From Gracilinanus agilis (lineage: Eukaryota), in NCBI RefSeq assembly GCF_016433145.1, contig NC_058133.1:206303435-206367434 (forward strand): 64,000 bases of DNA, read 5' to 3'. Below the pieces are notes generated by a model. That model saw only the letters and a list, made by a program, of their open reading frames with translations, made no database searches and was not told the DNA's origin. Numbering within the stretch: the stretch's first letter is position 1; the number at the start of each line of letters is the position of its first letter. Both the position numbers and the translations under genes were made by a program. Shown here piece after piece: positions 59,101 through 64,000 of the stretch.

Positions 59101-60905
59101 GCTCCACACTATTCATTTTTACTTCATCATCCCTCCACCAGCTCTACATCAACTACCAATTTCCCTCAAACCCCACAGCATTTCATCCTCAGAATACCCC
59201 CTCCCCAGCCCCCACTATAACTAGGCCTAGATTCAGCTATGCTTCACTTTACTCTGCCATTTTTCTTACCAGAACCCAAACGCATTGAATAAGTATGCTC
59301 TGTGCCACTACAAAGATCATCTTCAATTTGAATTATATACTCAGTGCTTGGCAAAAAGTTAAGTGCTTACCAAATGTTTTTCCCTTCATTAGGTCAAAGT
59401 TCTTTCTCCTATGGAAAGGGTTCCCAAAGGTGGGAGGAGTCAGGGAGTAGGGGTGAGGATAGTGGCTTAGAATCCCCAAATAAACCACTGAGAATGATGA
59501 CAAGGTATGAAAGCACTGAGGAAGGAAGGCTTACTTGGCGGCACTTTTCAGTTGTGATATCCTCTTGCAGTGTAACCACATTGGGAATGGGCTTAATTGG
59601 AACCAGGTCCACCCCTAGGGGAAAAAACAAAACAGTGAGATCTAAGCTACTACATGGGAGACAGAATCCCAAACTCCCCACACCAAGCAGCCAGGAGTGA
59701 CACCTTAACACTTACCCACAATAAGGCTGGACACTGGCATAAACTTGGAAGCCACCTGCAGCCTGGAGAATTAAAAAATGTAATTAAAAAATACTCAAAA
59801 ATTCTTCCCTGCATCTCTCAGTCACTTAACAGGATGAGGGGAGGGGAGGAAAAATGAATATGGAGGGGGAGCTGGGTAGTTCGGTGGATTAAGAGCCAGG
59901 CCTAGAGATGGGAGGTCCTAGGTTCAAATCTGGCCTCAGACACTTCCCAGCTGTGTGACCCTGGGCAAGTCACTTGACCCCCATTGCCCACCCTTACCAC
60001 TCTTCCACCTAAGAGCCAATACACAGAAGTTAAGGGTTTAAAAAAAAAAAACGAATATGGAAATGTTCTGCATGACAACAGAGGTATAACCCTGATCAAA
60101 TTGCTTGCCAGCTCTAGGAAGGGGGAGAAGGGAGAGAAGGAAGACATCATGTAACTTCGGAAAACATGTGAAAATGTATTACGTGTAACTGGTTATAAAC
60201 AAAAAAGTTGTCTTTCCTCATATGTAAAGAAATCTGTTTCTGCTACCATGAAGGAAGGGTAGGTTTTGTTGTCATTGTGGGGGAAAGTTGGTAAAATAAC
60301 TTTCAAATTCTTTTGTTAAATCTTCTATGCCAATCACATTTCTAAAATCTATGAAGGGCACTGGGGTGGGTGGGGGGAAGAGACAAATACCAATCATTGG
60401 GATTGCTAAGGAAATCAGTTTCCGAGGATATAGTTCGGGTACCTAGGAACACAAAGATATTGTCGATTACGTGTAGAAACATACTTGAATAAGACCTTTA
60501 AAACACTAATCCTGAAAAAAAAAAAAATTGGAACATCGAAACCCCTACGAAGTCCCTGGCCTACGTTGCAAGGAAAGCAGCCATGGGGTTGGAAGGAAAG
60601 GTTTCCCGGAGGCGGTGATTAAATGCCCAAGGAAGGGGCAGCGATAACCCACCATCCCCCAGGCGCCGCGCACAGGTCCAGCAAGGCCCGGGCTTTCTGC
60701 AAGAACTGGAAGCGGCGATTCAGCTGGATCAACTTAAAGGCGGAGCGGGAACGGAAGCCTGGGGAAGGAATAAGGCCTAGTGAGCGGAGGCGGGGCCGAG
60801 GGAGGCCCAGAAGCCCCGCAGGGTACCCCCCAACTCACCGGTCTCCTTTGCCAAGTGGTAGAACTTGTCCCGCCGGCTCTTCCCGACTTTGCCCTTCTTC
60901 CCCAT
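52936..60905 (-). CDS. FTSJ3: FtsJ RNA 2'-O-methyltransferase 3 (Spb1 homolog), 20 coding exons, 2517 nt, 838 aa
   Basis: complement(join of 60839-60905,60653-60758,59716-59762,59535-59614,58695-58794,58424-58618,58208-58323,57982-58086,57785-57885,57448-57528,57199-57348,56641-56776,55304-55491,55004-55121,54213-54466,54004-54092,53807-53906,53534-53717,53346-53440,52936-53140). Starts [21 protein letters not shown]. Contains the SAM motif [10 protein letters not shown] and the K-D-K-E tetrad contexts (FKL, NDGAP, TKVF, SAEIF). All introns are GT-AG with consistent phases. Confidence 0.97.
53346..53440 (-). CDS. FTSJ3: FTSJ3 coding exon 19
   Basis: [16 protein letters not shown]...EKMAQLR(S)|gtgaag. 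Confidence 0.95.
53534..53717 (-). CDS. FTSJ3: FTSJ3 coding exon 18
   Basis: [14 protein letters not shown]...[19 protein letters not shown]|gtaagt. Confidence 0.96.
53807..53906 (-). CDS. FTSJ3: FTSJ3 coding exon 17
   Basis: [32 protein letters not shown](R)|gtatga. Confidence 0.94.
54004..54092 (-). CDS. FTSJ3: FTSJ3 coding exon 16
   Basis: [12 protein letters not shown]...[11 protein letters not shown]|gtaaga. Confidence 0.9.
54213..54466 (-). CDS. FTSJ3: FTSJ3 coding exon 15
   Basis: [24 protein letters not shown]...SSSEDE(R)|gtgaga. Confidence 0.93.
54503..54862. mobile_element. Inverted (tail-to-tail) SINE pair in an FTSJ3 intron
   Basis: Plus copy about 54503-54680; minus copy about 54700-54862. 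Confidence 0.78.
55004..55121 (-). CDS. FTSJ3: FTSJ3 coding exon 14
   Basis: VKFAEQ...[10 protein letters not shown]...NLWFSK|gtaagt. Confidence 0.92.
55304..55491 (-). CDS. FTSJ3: FTSJ3 coding exon 13
   Basis: [11 protein letters not shown]...[11 protein letters not shown]...|gtgagt. Confidence 0.9.
56641..56776 (-). CDS. FTSJ3: FTSJ3 coding exon 12
   Basis: [11 protein letters not shown]...[12 protein letters not shown]...TIRGHQ|gtggga. Confidence 0.94.
57199..57348 (-). CDS. FTSJ3: FTSJ3 coding exon 11
   Basis: LSSGEEEEE...AQEVAELK(R)|gtgaga. Confidence 0.93.
57448..57528 (-). CDS. FTSJ3: FTSJ3 coding exon 10
   Basis: [26 protein letters not shown](S)|gtgagc. Confidence 0.94.
57785..57885 (-). 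CDS. FTSJ3: FTSJ3 coding exon 9
   Basis: [14 protein letters not shown]...VLGRKEL(R)|gtatga. Confidence 0.94.
57982..58086 (-). CDS. FTSJ3: FTSJ3 coding exon 8
   Basis: [14 protein letters not shown]...FLSKASE|gtatgt. Confidence 0.95.
58208..58323 (-). CDS. FTSJ3: FTSJ3 coding exon 7
   Basis: [15 protein letters not shown]...KKKPK|gtatgc. Confidence 0.95.
58424..58618 (-). CDS. FTSJ3: FTSJ3 coding exon 6
   Basis: HLTLMALRL...TKVFRSRDY...SAEIFVVCQ|gtgagc. Confidence 0.96.
58695..58794 (-). CDS. FTSJ3: FTSJ3 coding exon 5
   Basis: [33 protein letters not shown]; donor G|gtgcct. Confidence 0.94.
59535..59614 (-). CDS. FTSJ3: FTSJ3 coding exon 4
   Basis: [26 protein letters not shown]|gtaagc. 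Confidence 0.95.
59716..59762 (-). CDS. FTSJ3: FTSJ3 coding exon 3
   Basis: [15 protein letters not shown]|gtaagt. Confidence 0.94.
59865..60050 (+). mobile_element. SINE1_Mdo-like with TSD
   Basis: TSD aaaaatgaatatgga / aaaaacgaatatgga (one mismatch). Confidence 0.88.
60653..60758 (-). CDS. FTSJ3: FTSJ3 coding exon 2
   Basis: [16 protein letters not shown]...LDLCAAPGG(W). Confidence 0.96.
60839..60905 (-). CDS. FTSJ3: FTSJ3 coding exon 1
   Basis: [22 protein letters not shown]|gtgagt. Confidence 0.96.
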
Positions 60906-61564
60906 GGCGCAAGATGGAAATATCCCTCAGCCCTGTCCGGGGGAAAATCCGGAATCCCCTTTCCCGGGAATCACTGAGTCGGAGAAAGCACTTTCCAAAA
61001 TCCAGAAGTACTTTCAGTCAAACTTCTGGGGGCACGTGTAGACTGGGAAAGCACTTCCTCCCTTCTTGGTCGCAGTCGCTCTTCCGTAAAGACTCCGCCC
61101 CTTCAACCATCTTGAATTTGTCCAAGCTTTCGGTAACGGCTTTTGTTGTTGTTGTTTTTGATAGGACGATGGGATTTTACAATAGGGCGGGACTTTTGAG
61201 GTCATCTAATTGCTACGGAAGACAGGGACAGGAAGTGATGTCTTCAAGATTTCTTCCTCCTCCCTCTCCCGATCCCATAGAAATAAAGCTAGGACTCTGA
61301 TAATGGGTGTTGAAGTGATAGAAGCCAGGAGAGTGTTGTCAAGAGAGTGTTGAGGAAGAGCATTTTCAGGTCTCATTCCGCACTCATTCCCTCTCCCAAG
61401 CAAGGATTTCCGACCTTCCCAATAAGATTTTTGCTCACGTTCACTTCCTCGCCCCTTGCCCCGGAAGCTTTATTCTGCGGGCCACGGCCGCGGACGCTCC
61501 CGCCCTTCTGCGCTTGCGCCCAGAACCTCTCTTGGATGCCGGCATCCGGCTCTGTGGAGGGAAG

Positions 61565-63995
<2,431 letters not shown>

Positions 63996-64000
63996 TAGGG

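Noticed and set aside
60623-61300. 225-aa plus-strand ORF
   Set aside because: It is antisense to the first FTSJ3 exons within a CpG island and has no recognisable homology.

Overview
Gene-dense marsupial locus. The abundant CORE-type SINE family points to a didelphid, most likely the opossum Monodelphis domestica (inference). Gene order matches the conserved mammalian block CCDC47(-) / DDX42(+) / FTSJ3(-) / PSMC5(+). DDX42 has 16 visible coding exons (16592-51530). A 37-nt exon 5 required by reading frame is not visible and probably lies in the 140-N gap at 31058-31197. FTSJ3 is complete on the minus strand (20 coding exons, 60905-52936, 838 aa). The first five coding exons of PSMC5 are present (61565-63956). 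Only the inferred non-coding first exon of CCDC47 is in the window. Two bidirectional CpG-island promoters are present (about 4650-6250 and 60600-61870), and the DDX42 and FTSJ3 3' ends converge. Introns are rich in SINE, L1, L2 and LTR remnants; repeat family names come from recall and boundaries are approximate. I found no convincing previously undescribed biological system. The best second-look items are splicing features of DDX42 (GC-AG intron 3, a cryptic stop-creating acceptor, a possible recursive site, the missing exon) and several unusual retrotransposition footprints.
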